DNA from: Dehalococcoidia bacterium
GTDB taxonomy: Bacteria; Chloroflexota; Dehalococcoidia; Lucifugimonadales; G963668185
Reading direction: 5' to 3'
Assembly (NCBI GenBank): GCA_965261935.1
Contig: OZ253485.1
Location: 536,388-600,387 of the forward strand
Length of the DNA: 64,000 nucleotides
Position numbers and translations under genes: made by a program. Within the stretch, counting starts at the first letter, position 1. Each line of letters begins with the position of its first letter. The notes below the pieces were generated by a model that saw only the letters and a list, made by a program, of their open reading frames with translations, was not told where the DNA came from and did not search any database. This document shows, piece by piece, positions 6,457-15,502 of the stretch.

Positions 6457-8096
6457 TGTTGTTGCTCAGCGATTAAGTCCTCGCTAACTGTCAAGCGAAA
6501 ATGTCCGCATGAAGGAGCATGTGACATTGACGCAGAAAGAGCAGACAAGGCTTCAAGTTCTCAACAGTTTGATGTCGGACCATATGACCACGGAGCAGGC
6601 GGCCACGTTGATGGGAGTGAGCGCGCGCCACACCAGGCGCATTCTGGCAGCTTATAGCAAGGAGGGAGCAGCCGCACTGGCTCACGGCAATCGAGGTCGC
6701 AGACCGGCCACCGCTACACCGGACTCGTTGGCGACCGACGCGGTGGTCCTGGCGCGGACCCGATACGCGGGAGCCAACCACACGCACCTGAGCGAGCTGC
6801 TGAGGGAGCGAGAAGGCATAGACATCGGTCGCAACACGTTGCGCAAGATACTGACCGACGCCGGTGTGAGCAGCCCTCGCCGGCGCCGGCCTCCGAAGCA
6901 TCGTGTTCGACGGCAGCGGATGCCCCGCGAGGGGATGCTGATACAGATAGACGGCAGCTTCCACAGATGGCTGGGAGAAGAGGGCCCCTGGTTCACGTTG
7001 CTGCTGGCGGTCGACGACGCTACCGGCTGTGTCGTCAACGCCCTGTTCTGCGAGTACGAGAACACCCGCAGCTACTTACTGCTGATGCGGGACCTGATAC
7101 AGAGCTACGGCATACCCCTCGCACTCTATTCAGACCGCCATGGCGTCTTGAAACACACGCCGCCGTCAGAGACCGCCTCCGCTCCGACCCAGTTCTCTCG
7201 AGCGATGGGTGAGATCGGCGTACGGTTGATATTCGCACGGTCGCCGCAGGCCAAAGGCCGCGTGGAACGCACCGCGGGCACACTTCAGGACAGGCTGGTC
7301 ACGGAGCTGAGGCTCGCAGGCTCGACCACCATCGATAACGCCAACCGCGTGCTCAACGCCTTCCTTCCCCGCTTCAATGAACGTTTTGGTGTGCCGTCTG
7401 AGCGCAAAGACACCGCGTATCGGGTCCCGGACCCGGATCTGTGCCTGGACACAGTCCTATGCCTGAAGTACAGGCGCCGGGTTGGACGGGACAACACGGT
7501 GAAGTACCGCTGGCGTACCCTGCAGTTGCTTCCCGATCAGGCTCGACCGAGCTTTGCCGTGTCGGCGGTCAAAGTGCTTGAGGGGCTGGACGGACGGCTG
7601 GCAGTGCAACACGAAGGGCGTATCGTCGCCTCCCAGGAAGCGCCTCCGCGACCAGGTATCCTGCGCAGCTTCGGCACGCGGACCGTACACACGACCGGTC
7701 CCAGCCGCTACACCAACGGTGTCATCAGGAGGTCGGAGGACGATGTGGAGTCAATGGGCACAATGCTCGAAGCGGGCAGACTACGCGACGATGCGGATCG
7801 CAACGGCGCTGCAAGAGTTCGCAAACCCGTGACTCCGCGACCCAGAAAGCCCACCCCACTTCAGACGGCGAGATGGAAGGCCGTGCAGAAGGCGAAGCGC
7901 AAGGGGCTGTCCATCCGCGGGATCGCCCGGGAAGTGAGCATACACAGACAAACCGTGAGGAAGTACATGCATGCCGAAAGCCCACCCATGGCGCGCCCGC
8001 GCAACGTCGGAAGTACCCCAGCCTGATAGCATGGCAATCTACTCGGAGGACATTTTCCCTTGACACTTAAGCGGACATAATCGCTGAGCGTCGACA
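6457..8096 (+). mobile_element. IS element copy A (ISNCY/IS481-like, 1,640 bp)
   Basis: About 50-bp imperfect terminal inverted repeats: TGTTGTTGCTCAGCGATTAAGTCC...GAAAATGTCCGC (left) and GGACATTTTCCC...ATAATCGCTGAGCGTCGACA (right). The same ends delimit copy B. No matching flanking direct repeat for this copy. Confidence 0.85.
6509..8026 (+). CDS. DDE (rve-type) transposase with N-terminal HTH, ISNCY/IS481-like
   Basis: 505 aa. HGNRGRRP, LIQIDGSFHRW, LYSDRHGV, SPQAKGRVERTAGTLQDRL blocks typical of this transposase type. Confidence 0.9.
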   Translation: MKEHVTLTQKEQTRLQVLNSLMSDHMTTEQAATLMGVSARHTRRILAAYSKEGAAALAHGNRGRRPATATPDSLATDAVVLARTRYAGANHTHLSELLREREGIDIGRNTLRKILTDAGVSSPRRRRPPKHRVRRQRMPREGMLIQIDGSFHRWLGEEGPWFTLLLAVDDATGCVVNALFCEYENTRSYLLLMRDLIQSYGIPLALYSDRHGVLKHTPPSETASAPTQFSRAMGEIGVRLIFARSPQAKGRVERTAGTLQDRLVTELRLAGSTTIDNANRVLNAFLPRFNERFGVPSERKDTAYRVPDPDLCLDTVLCLKYRRRVGRDNTVKYRWRTLQLLPDQARPSFAVSAVKVLEGLDGRLAVQHEGRIVASQEAPPRPGILRSFGTRTVHTTGPSRYTNGVIRRSEDDVESMGTMLEAGRLRDDADRNGAARVRKPVTPRPRKPTPLQTARWKAVQKAKRKGLSIRGIAREVSIHRQTVRKYMHAESPPMARPRNVGSTPA

Positions 8097-8395
8097 CCCC
8101 AGTGGTACACCGTTCACCCGCCCTTGACAGTGGGATTATGTCAGCATCACAGGAGGTCGTGTTGGAGAAGTTGTACCTATCGCTCAACCCGCTGCAGCTG
8201 AGCAGGCAGATAGAGAACGAAACAGAGAAACTGTTGCGACTGGCATGGAGACAGGACGACTCACTAACACGGGCACTCTCTTGGTAACCGCAACTGAAAG
8301 GTTGAATCTCGTCTTCGGTGACGATTGGTCTTGATGTCGTAGGGCGGCGTCTTCAGCCCAACAAATGCAGAGGTCCGCGAAGACCTCGTACTCCC

Positions 8396-8605
8396 CTAGC
8401 TCAGCCGCATCAATCGTCGCATCCCTGATCGTGTGAAATCCCCTCCAGCCAATGCCGACTGGATTAGCAGTCCTGCCTCGGTCATCATTGCCATGCCCAC
8501 AGTCCGCCCTGCGAAAATTGGCTCGAGGCGGATCGCCAATGTACATTCAATATCGTTGTCGTAGAGACTTCGAATCTCCATTCTTAGCCAACTCCGCTCG
8601 CTCAT
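8396..8605 (-). CDS. Small hypothetical ORF coupled to the protease gene (possibly frameshifted)
   Basis: The ATG overlaps the protease stop (ATGA 8602-8605). Protein-like sequence continues in another frame (track ORF 8184..8546: [27 protein letters not shown]...). Confidence 0.3.
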   Translation of the reverse strand: MSERSWLRMEIRSLYDNDIECTLAIRLEPIFAGRTVGMAMMTEAGLLIQSALAGGDFTRSGMRRLMRLS

Positions 8606-9780
8606 CTCCCGCGTGTATCTTCACGTGCGCGTCTGATGGTGTTATGCACTAGACGATTAGCCTCTTCGTCAACGAGGTACAGGGCAGCAGATCTACCATC
8701 ATCTTGCACCCCAAAGTTTATCCCCACCACGTATCCGTCTTCATTCAACAACGGCGAGCCGCTGTCTCCCGGAATTAAGTACGTATCGTGGTAGATTTCA
8801 TCGGGTAAACTGAAAATGGTGCTTTCCAGCGTTTCACCTTCAAAAATCTCTACGCCTGTTTCGAGGTCTCCCCAAGTTACTGAGAAAACCGCCTGCCCGG
8901 GCGCGATGCCGAAGTAATCACTGTATTGCGAAGTCCGACTCCGCATCGTCTCATTGGAAAACGCTAACGCCTTGCAGCCTGAGCAATTGAACTTCAACGA
9001 AGCTACGTCAATCCGGGATGAATTAGACTCATACACTAGTTCTGCCGTTTGATGCTGGCCTCCCGTACCTCGGTACACTTGAAACTCAAGCGGTTTGCCA
9101 TCAACGACGTGCGAGGCGGTCAACACATACGCCCACCCGCCTTCAATATGAAAGATGAATCCGGTCCCAACTTGGTAGAGGGCAGTCCCTCCACTTTCAC
9201 TCATCAGCGCACGAACATGAACGACGCCTCCTGAAGTGATGTCAAGCTCAGCTTGAACCTTGTTAACGTCCAAGTCTTGCTTAACGAACTCGGCCAGAGA
9301 GATTTCTAGTCCCTTGCCCGGCGGACCCGGAGGCCCCACTGCTCCTTGCGGGCCGCGGTCACCCTGTGGGCCTGCCTCCCCACGCTCTCCACGTTGGCCA
9401 CGCGGGCCTGTTGGACCTGTCTGGCCGGGAGTTCCTTGCTCCCCTTGAATGCCCTGCGGCCCGCGCTGTCCGACCGCTCCCGGAAGACCCCGCTCCCCCT
9501 GCGGCCCAACGTCTCCTTTTTCGCCGGGCAATCCCATTGGCCCCTGCGCCCCTACCTCTCCACTCTGCCCCCTTTCTCCTTGCGGCCCTTCAATGACTTG
9601 AACCTGCTCTCTGATCAGGGAAGTAACCTCAGCCTCTGTGAGCCCGCTGGAACAACCCACGCCCAACGCCATCAACGCCGCAATGCCTACGAACAACCTA
9701 ATAATAGTTAGCCTCACAATCTGACCACTGACGTATTCTCCCACTCGTCCACCTGCACGATCCGTCGCTTCTCTTGGCAT
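8602..9780 (-). CDS. Membrane-anchored collagen-repeat / trypsin-like (S1) serine protease fusion
   Basis: Track ORF 8602..9906 trimmed to [11 protein letters not shown]... (AAGGGGG upstream). TM/lipobox segment (GVGCSS), 31 Gly-X-Y triplets. Then TASHVV (His) and [10 protein letters not shown] (Ser) protease motifs. Confidence 0.8.
   Translation of the reverse strand: MPREATDRAGGRVGEYVSGQIVRLTIIRLFVGIAALMALGVGCSSGLTEAEVTSLIREQVQVIEGPQGERGQSGEVGAQGPMGLPGEKGDVGPQGERGLPGAVGQRGPQGIQGEQGTPGQTGPTGPRGQRGERGEAGPQGDRGPQGAVGPPGPPGKGLEISLAEFVKQDLDVNKVQAELDITSGGVVHVRALMSESGGTALYQVGTGFIFHIEGGWAYVLTASHVVDGKPLEFQVYRGTGGQHQTAELVYESNSSRIDVASLKFNCSGCKALAFSNETMRSRTSQYSDYFGIAPGQAVFSVTWGDLETGVEIFEGETLESTIFSLPDEIYHDTYLIPGDSGSPLLNEDGYVVGINFGVQDDGRSAALYLVDEEANRLVHNTIRRAREDTRGR
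9310..9588 (-). repeat. Collagen-like Gly-X-Y repeat region (31 triplets)
   Basis: [37 protein letters not shown]...GPPGPPGKG in the protease ORF. Confidence 0.85.
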
Positions 9781-10160
9781 TGTGTTAGCCCCCTTCAGGG
9801 CAGGGCCGGGGAATCTTCCATATGCGGGCGCAAAAGTCCCGTGTTCCTCCGCCTCAGACCCCTGTACTTTCCGGCTTCCAGAGGGCCGCCTGCCTCCGCC
9901 GTCCATGTGATTCCCTATACCGTTGTTCCTGTTGGCCTGCCTTCCCCTTGTCCAATTGGGTCGCTTTACTCGCTACTGCAGCTCGATGCTGCCGGTGAAG
10001 CCTCCGGAGGCGGCAGGCACCTCTGGATTATAGGTCACTCAGGTCTCAAGCATCAGCGTGACGGTGCCGCCGCCATCGTGCACGAGCTTGCCATTTTCGC
10101 GGCGCACGTCTCGGCGGTGCTCGTAGCCGGGGCCGGGGACTACCCGATGTTCGGCGTGTC

Positions 10161-10483
10161 CTATGGCACGTACAACGCCGCGTCAAACGTAAACGGTAAG
10201 GTCATGGCGACAACCGACTCCTTCGTCAGAGTGAATTGGAAGGACCGCGCGGCTGTCCTAGTAATGAGCCTTGCAGTGTCCATCGTCCCACGCGCCGACG
10301 TCTCGTTCACGTCGGTCAGCTTCACTGTCGCCGGTGTGCTGATCTGGCCGTCGTTGCCGTCGGACACGTCCACTGCTAGGAAGTAAGACAGCTTGGTCTC
10401 ATAATCGTAGGTTACGCCGGACTTGATGGTCATACCGTAGAAGCAATAGCGACAAAACGCTGAGGTACTCGTGGGTGGTTTGC
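10161..10483 (-). pseudogene. Remnant of a cadherin-domain surface protein, truncated by IS copy B
   Basis: GMTIKSGVTYDYETKLSYFLAVDVSDGNDGQISTPATVKLTDVNE is a cadherin-repeat ending. A PPC-like stretch (SFQFTLTKESVVAMTL...DAALYV) follows and then a stop. The reading frame abuts the IS end at 10484. Confidence 0.5.
10477..10483. repeat. Target-site duplication (left) of IS copy B
   Basis: GGTTTGC immediately outside the IS end; identical heptamer at 12124-12130. Confidence 0.75.
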
Positions 10484-12123
10484 TGTCGACGCTCAGCGAT
10501 TATGTCCGCCTAAGTGCCAAGGGAAAATGTCCTCTGAGTAGATTGCCATGCTAGCTGATTACGGTACTTCCGACGTTGCGCGAGCGCGCCATGGGTGGGG
10601 TTTCGGCATTCATGTACTTCCTTGCAGTGTCCCGGTGGATGCCCACTTCCCGGGCGATCCCACGGATGGACAGGCCCTTGCGTTTCGCCTTCTGCACCGC
10701 CTTCCATCTCGCCGTCTGTAGTGGGGTGGGCTTTCTGGGTCGCGGAGTCACAGTCCTGCGAACTCTTGCGGCGCCGTTGCGGTCGGCATCGTCGCGGAGT
10801 CTGTCCGCTTCGAGCATTGTGCCCATTGACTCCACTTCGTCCTCCGGCCTCCTGATGACACCGTTGGTGTAGCGGCTGGGACCGGTCGTGTGTACGGTCC
10901 GCGTGCCGAAGCTGCGCAGGATACCTGGTCGCGGAGGCGCTTCCTGGGAGGCGACGATACGCCCTTCGTGTTGCACTGACAGCCGGCCGTCCAGTGCTTC
11001 GAGCACTTCCACCGCCGACCCGGCAAAGCTCGGTCGAGCCTGATCGGGAAGCAACTGCAGGGTGCGCCAGCGGTACTTCACAGTGTTGTCCCGGCCAACC
11101 CGGCGCCTGTACTTCAGGCATAGGACTGTGTCCAGGCACGTCCCCGGATCCAGGACCCGATACGCGGTGTCTGCGTGTTGCGACGGCACACCAAAACGTT
11201 CATTGAAGCGGGGAAGGAAGTCGTTGAGCACGCGGTTGGCGTCATCGATGGTGGTCGAGCCTGCGAGCCTCAGCTCCGTGACCAACCTGTCCTGAAGTGT
11301 GCCCGCGGCGCGTTCCACTCGGCCTTTGGCTTGCGGCGACCGTGCGAATATCAGCTGTACGCCGATCTCACCCATCGCGCGAGAGAACTGGGTGGGGGCG
11401 GAGGCGGTCTCTGACGGCGGCGTGTGCTTGAAGACGCCATGGCGGTCTGAATAGAGTGCGAGAGGTATGCCGTAGCTCCGTATCAGAATCCGCATCAGCA
11501 GTAAGTAGCTGCGGGTGTTCTCCAACTCGCAGAACAGGGCGTTGACGACACAGCCGGTAGCGTCGTCGACCGCCAGCAGCAACGTGAACTGGGGGCCATC
11601 TTCTCCCAGCCATCTGTGGTAGCTGCCGTCGATCTGTATCAGCATCCCCTCGCGGGCCATCCGCTGCCGTCGAACACGATGCTTCGGCGGCCTTCGACGG
11701 CGGGGGCTGCTCACACCGGCGTCGGTCAGTATCTTGCGCAATGTGTTACGTCCGATGTCTATGCCCTCTCGCTCCCTCAGCAGTTCGCTCAAATGCGTGT
11801 GGTTGACTCCCGCGTATCGGGTCCGCGCCAGGACCACCACGTCGGTCGCCAACGGGTCCGGTGTAGCGTTGGCCGGTCTGCGACCTCGATTGCCGTGAGC
11901 CAGTGCGGCTGCTCCCTCCTTGCTATAAGCTGCCAGAATGCGCCTGGTGTGGCGCGCGCTCACTCCCATCAACGTGGCCGCCTGCTCCGTGGTCATATGG
12001 TCCGACATCAAACTGTTGAGAACTTGAAGCCTTGTCTGCTCTTTCTGTGTCAATGTCACATGCTCCTTCATGCGGACATTTTCGCTTGACAGTTAGCGAG
12101 GACTTAATCGCTGAGCAACAACA
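10484..12123 (-). mobile_element. IS element copy B (same family as copy A, 1,640 bp, inverted orientation)
   Basis: Same terminal inverted repeats as copy A (TGTCGACGCTCAGCGATTATGTCC... / ...GGACTTAATCGCTGAGCAACAACA). Flanked by the 7-bp direct repeat GGTTTGC. Confidence 0.9.
10551..12071 (-). CDS. DDE transposase, ISNCY/IS481-like (copy B)
   Basis: 506 aa, collinear with the copy A protein apart from scattered substitutions (e.g. PANATPDPLATDVVV vs PATATPDSLATDAVV). Confidence 0.9.
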   Translation of the reverse strand: MKEHVTLTQKEQTRLQVLNSLMSDHMTTEQAATLMGVSARHTRRILAAYSKEGAAALAHGNRGRRPANATPDPLATDVVVLARTRYAGVNHTHLSELLREREGIDIGRNTLRKILTDAGVSSPRRRRPPKHRVRRQRMAREGMLIQIDGSYHRWLGEDGPQFTLLLAVDDATGCVVNALFCELENTRSYLLLMRILIRSYGIPLALYSDRHGVFKHTPPSETASAPTQFSRAMGEIGVQLIFARSPQAKGRVERAAGTLQDRLVTELRLAGSTTIDDANRVLNDFLPRFNERFGVPSQHADTAYRVLDPGTCLDTVLCLKYRRRVGRDNTVKYRWRTLQLLPDQARPSFAGSAVEVLEALDGRLSVQHEGRIVASQEAPPRPGILRSFGTRTVHTTGPSRYTNGVIRRPEDEVESMGTMLEADRLRDDADRNGAARVRRTVTPRPRKPTPLQTARWKAVQKAKRKGLSIRGIAREVGIHRDTARKYMNAETPPMARSRNVGSTVIS

Positions 12124-12130
12124 GGTTTGC
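12124..12130. repeat. Target-site duplication (right) of IS copy B
   Basis: GGTTTGC, identical to 10477-10483. Confidence 0.75.
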
Positions 12131-12155
12131 TCCCCGAAAACTGGTCCGATCATAA

Positions 12156-13312
12156 TGCGAGTCTTGTGGGATGATCTAAACCGATTGAAAGGAGAATCGT
12201 CCCCTGAAGAGGTCCCGATACAGTCCGGAGCAGGTCGCTTTCGGCCTGCGCCAGGCGGAGGAGGGCACGCCGGTTGCAGAGGTCTGTCGCAAGATGGGAA
12301 TCAGCGAGCAGACCTTCTACCGCTGGAAGAAGAAGTTCCAGGGGATGGGAGTGGCCGAGGTGCGGCGGCTGAGAGTCCTGGAAGAGGAGAACCGCAAGCT
12401 CAAACAGCTGGTGGCGAACCTGAGTCCGGACAAGCAGATGCTGCAGGACGTGCTCCGAAAAAAGCCTTCGAGCCTGCTCAGATGAGAGACCACGCAAAAT
12501 ATCTGCAGGTGGCTTACGGCTCGAGCGAGCGCCGGGTTTGCCAGGTGCTCACCCTTGGGCGCTCAACCTGCAGGTACTAATGCGTGGCCGCTGAGCAGAC
12601 GGCCTTACGAATGCGGCTCAAGGACCTTGCCCAGGCCCGGGTGAGCTACGGCTACCGGCGACTGCACATCCTGCTGCAGCGAGAGGGGTGGGCGGTCAAT
12701 CACAAGCGGGTCTATCGGCTGTATCGCCAGGAGGGCTTGATGCTGAGGACCAAGAGACCCAAGAGGCACGTGTCGTATCAGAGACGCATGGAGAGGCCGG
12801 TGGCCGCCGGAGTTGATGAGAGTTGGTCCATGGACTTCATGAGCGACGAGCTCTTCGATGGGCGCCGGATCCGGCTGTAAACGATAGTGGATAACTTTAC
12901 CCGTGAGAGTCCGGCCATCTAGGTGACGGTCAGCATCGGTGGGCAGCGGGTCGTGGAGGTTCTACACAGATTAATGCAGCAACATCGCATGCCGAAGGCC
13001 ATTCGCGTCGACAACGGCCCGGAGTTCACCTCGAAGCGTCTGGACCAGTGAGCTTACCTGAACGGAGTGGAGTTGGACTTCAGCCGGCCGGGGAAGCCCA
13101 CTGACAACGCCTTCATCGAGGCATTCAATGGGCGGTTTCGACAGGAGTGCCTGAACGAGAACTGGTTCCTGTCGCTGGAGGATGCTGAGGAGAAGGTGGA
13201 ATCGTGGCGAAGACACTACAATGGGGAGAGACCCCACAGTGCGCTGGGAAACCTGTCGCCCCGAGAGGTTGTCGCATTGGCTACATAGGAAGACTTACCC
13301 GCAAGACTCGCA
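12156..13312 (+). mobile_element. IS3-family element (IS407-like), inactivated
   Basis: Ends TGCGAGTCTTGTGGG (12156-) and CCCGCAAGACTCGCA (-13312) are 14/15 inverted repeats with TG..CA termini. orfA/orfB layout with an A_AAA_AAG slippery heptamer at 12459-12465. Confidence 0.8.
12204..13288 (+). pseudogene. IS3-family transposase OrfAB with four in-frame nonsense codons and no canonical orfA start
   Basis: orfA ...RYSPEQVAFGLRQAEEGTPVAEVCRKMGISEQTFYRWKKKF... is open only from CTG 12204 (TGA 18 nt upstream). orfB (-1 frame) has stops at RY*(12578-12580), RL*(12878-12880), AI*(12920-12922) and DQ*(13049-13051). It is otherwise collinear with IS3 DDE transposases (WSMDF...VDNGPEFTS...[22 protein letters not shown]). 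Confidence 0.8.
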
Positions 13313-13495
13313 CTCAGAGTGGTACAGAAAATGGGGCAAGACCATCCAGGGGAGCGACAAGCTTGGCGAATTCGAATTGCTCGTCAATCCGGAGTTCATA
13401 TTCTTCAGGAATAGCTTCGCGCCACAGCCAGCCGCCAGAGGACCACGCCGTTTGACAGGGCTGCGATCAGTGCCAGACATGCCAGCCCTGCCCGG
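13313..13495 (-). repeat. Inverted partial duplicate of the 3' end and downstream region of the CDP-alcohol phosphatidyltransferase gene
   Basis: The reverse complement aligns with 20115-20285. It encodes ...GLACLALIAALSNGVVLWRLAVARSYS* versus ...ARSHS* in the intact gene. Near-identical for about 85 nt, more diverged afterwards. Confidence 0.75.
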
Positions 13496-13519
13496 GGTCG
13501 CCAAATCAACGGTGGAGCA

Positions 13520-14752
13520 ATGAAGTTGTGCACGGTCTTGTTGGTGGTCGTAATGGGCTTGACTGTGGTTAGCTCGGGCTGTGACGGTAATTCGAGCAGG
13601 CAACCCTCCAAGACTCCGTTGAAGATCGGCTTGCTGCTGGACTTCACCGGATCTCCAGAAGCATCTTCGGACAGAAAGCGAGCCTTCGACCTCGCCATAC
13701 GACACATCAACGAGGGCGGCGGAGTGCTTGGATTGCATGTCGAGAGTGTTGCAGCAGATGCCTCCGGCGATCCGTCCACCGCCGTGCAGGTGGCTCGGCG
13801 TCTTGTAGAGGTAGAGGGCGTACATGCGATAGTCGGCCCCAACGCCAGCGCGGCAGCACTGCCAATTTCCCAGAGCATTTCCGGCACACTTGGTATTCCC
13901 ACTATCAGCCCTTCGGCCACCTCTCCGTACCTGAGCGATGTCGAAGACGACGGTTACTTCTTCCGTACGGCACTCTCAGATGCCGCGCAAGGTCCTGTCC
14001 TCGCCGGCTTGGCCCGGAATCGCGGCTTCGACAACGTCGGATTGATCTACCAAGACGACGCTTATGGCCAGGGGTTGGCTGACGCCTTCGAGACTTCCTG
14101 GGACGGAACCTTGCGGCTCGTCTCCGTTGGCAAGGCTCAAACTGGCTACCTCTCGGAGTTGGCGCGGAGCGCGGAGTTGGGGGCACAGGCTTTGATCGTC
14201 ATTGCTTTCGAGGCTCAGGCCCTGGTCATAGTGCGTCAGGCTATCGATGAGGGCATATATAACCAGTTCGTCTTTGGCGACGCGGCCAAAAGGGTAAGTC
14301 TCGTCAGACAGATCGGCGGCGAAAGGCTGGGCGGTATGTACGGTACTGCCGGAGCGTCTGCTCCTGACAATGCCGCCACAGCCGAGTGGGAGGCCGCCTT
14401 CATTGCTGAATACGATGAGTTGCCCGTTCTCGCCTACGTCAAAGAGACGTACGATGCGACCGTCGCCCTCGCCTTTGCCGCCCAAGCTGTTGGTAGTGTC
14501 GACGGAGCCGCGATCCGCGACCATTTGTGGGAAATCGCAGGACCACCCGGTCAGACCGTTCCGGGCACTCCGAAAGGCGTCGCCGACGGACTCACCTTGC
14601 TTGCTGAAGGCAAGAAAATCAACTTCGACGGTGCCGCCAATACGCTGGATTGGGACGGAAACGGCGACCTCCTCAGAGGTCACATTGGCACGTGGCGGTT
14701 CACAACTGACGAGCGTATAGAAGAACTTGACGTGGTGCTCTTCGAGCACTAG
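13520..14752 (+). CDS. ABC-transporter substrate-binding lipoprotein, LivJ/branched-chain amino-acid type (orphan)
   Basis: 410 aa. Lipobox VVSSGC. The IGLLLDFTG...ISPSATSP...GLIYQDDAYGQG pattern is typical of Peripla_BP_6 proteins. No permease or ATPase genes adjacent. Confidence 0.85.
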   Translation: MKLCTVLLVVVMGLTVVSSGCDGNSSRQPSKTPLKIGLLLDFTGSPEASSDRKRAFDLAIRHINEGGGVLGLHVESVAADASGDPSTAVQVARRLVEVEGVHAIVGPNASAAALPISQSISGTLGIPTISPSATSPYLSDVEDDGYFFRTALSDAAQGPVLAGLARNRGFDNVGLIYQDDAYGQGLADAFETSWDGTLRLVSVGKAQTGYLSELARSAELGAQALIVIAFEAQALVIVRQAIDEGIYNQFVFGDAAKRVSLVRQIGGERLGGMYGTAGASAPDNAATAEWEAAFIAEYDELPVLAYVKETYDATVALAFAAQAVGSVDGAAIRDHLWEIAGPPGQTVPGTPKGVADGLTLLAEGKKINFDGAANTLDWDGNGDLLRGHIGTWRFTTDERIEELDVVLFEH

Positions 14753-14911
14753 TGGCAGTCTTCAGATCACCCAATCACCCGACTATCAGCTCGACCACTG
14801 AGACTGCGATGAAGAGATGAAGGTAGGAATCGACTAGAGTTTGATGCCGTAGTCCGAAAATTTGCCGAAGCGACGGAAGCGCTGGCAAATGTCAGAGAGC
14901 AATTACAGATC

Positions 14912-15301
14912 TTGGCTGAACTTCGCAAGGCTGAGGAAAGGGCGAACGCGAGCCTACAGGAGTCGGCGGAGCAAGTTGCCCTATTTGCTGCTGAGTCAGC
15001 AAGATTTCTGAAAGGGCTGGAAGACGCACAGACGAAAGTGGCTGAGGTGCTCAAGGTCGGTGCCGATCTGCTCGATGGCATCGAGTTGAGGAGCATTGCA
15101 GAATCCGTAAAGGCGAATTCGCAGTCCATTTCCGTAGTTGACAGCCGTGTTGACGCTCTTGAGTCGAAGATGACGGAACTGGTCGGCATCGTGACCACTC
15201 TACAGACTGGGTTGGAGCAAGGAATCAATAGTCTGAGTGAGGAGATCAAGAACGTTCACGTAGATGTCAAAGCGCCCAAAATCGTAAAGCGTTTCTTCTG
15301 A
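14912..15301 (+). CDS. Hypothetical coiled-coil protein
   Basis: 129 aa from a TTG start. Heptad-like, Ala/Glu/Leu-rich. The frame is open further upstream (to about 14838), so the start is uncertain. Confidence 0.35.
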   Translation: MAELRKAEERANASLQESAEQVALFAAESARFLKGLEDAQTKVAEVLKVGADLLDGIELRSIAESVKANSQSISVVDSRVDALESKMTELVGIVTTLQTGLEQGINSLSEEIKNVHVDVKAPKIVKRFF

Positions 15302-15502
15302 AGCCAAAGTTGCGTCGAGTCACAGCTTTCGGTTTGGTCGCTTTGGCCATCACTCCGTCTCCTTCACTGCCGATCCGAGCACGGCTTTGAAAGGTCCTCC
15401 GCATTCCGCACGGCAGGCGCCGCAACGGCCCCTACGTGAACAGAATGCTGATTTCTCTCACCACCATTAAGGTTTTCGGGTATTGGAAAGACCGTTGTGG
15501 AG

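Noticed and set aside
8102-8287. ORF (61 aa, ...LEKLYLSLNPLQLSRQIENETEKLLRLAW...) next to the IS copy A right end, possibly a C-terminal remnant of another transposase
   Set aside because: The resemblance is only a vague memory of similar C-terminal helices. There is no motif I can name, so it is left unannotated.
9841-10386. Plus-strand ORF of 181 aa between the protease and IS copy B
   Set aside because: No motifs. It is antisense to the recognisable cadherin/PPC remnant, so it is probably a shadow ORF.
6457-12123. IS copy A, the protease region and IS copy B as an active composite transposon
   Set aside because: The sequences outside the two outer ends (GCCAATC versus GGTTTGC) are not a direct repeat. 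Copy B has its own private 7-bp duplication, showing that it inserted independently.
13295-13920. Minus-strand ORFs 13295..13825 and 13405..13920
   Set aside because: They run antisense to the well-supported substrate-binding protein gene. Only the last 27 or so codons of 13405..13920 are meaningful, and these are the duplicated phosphatidyltransferase 3' end.
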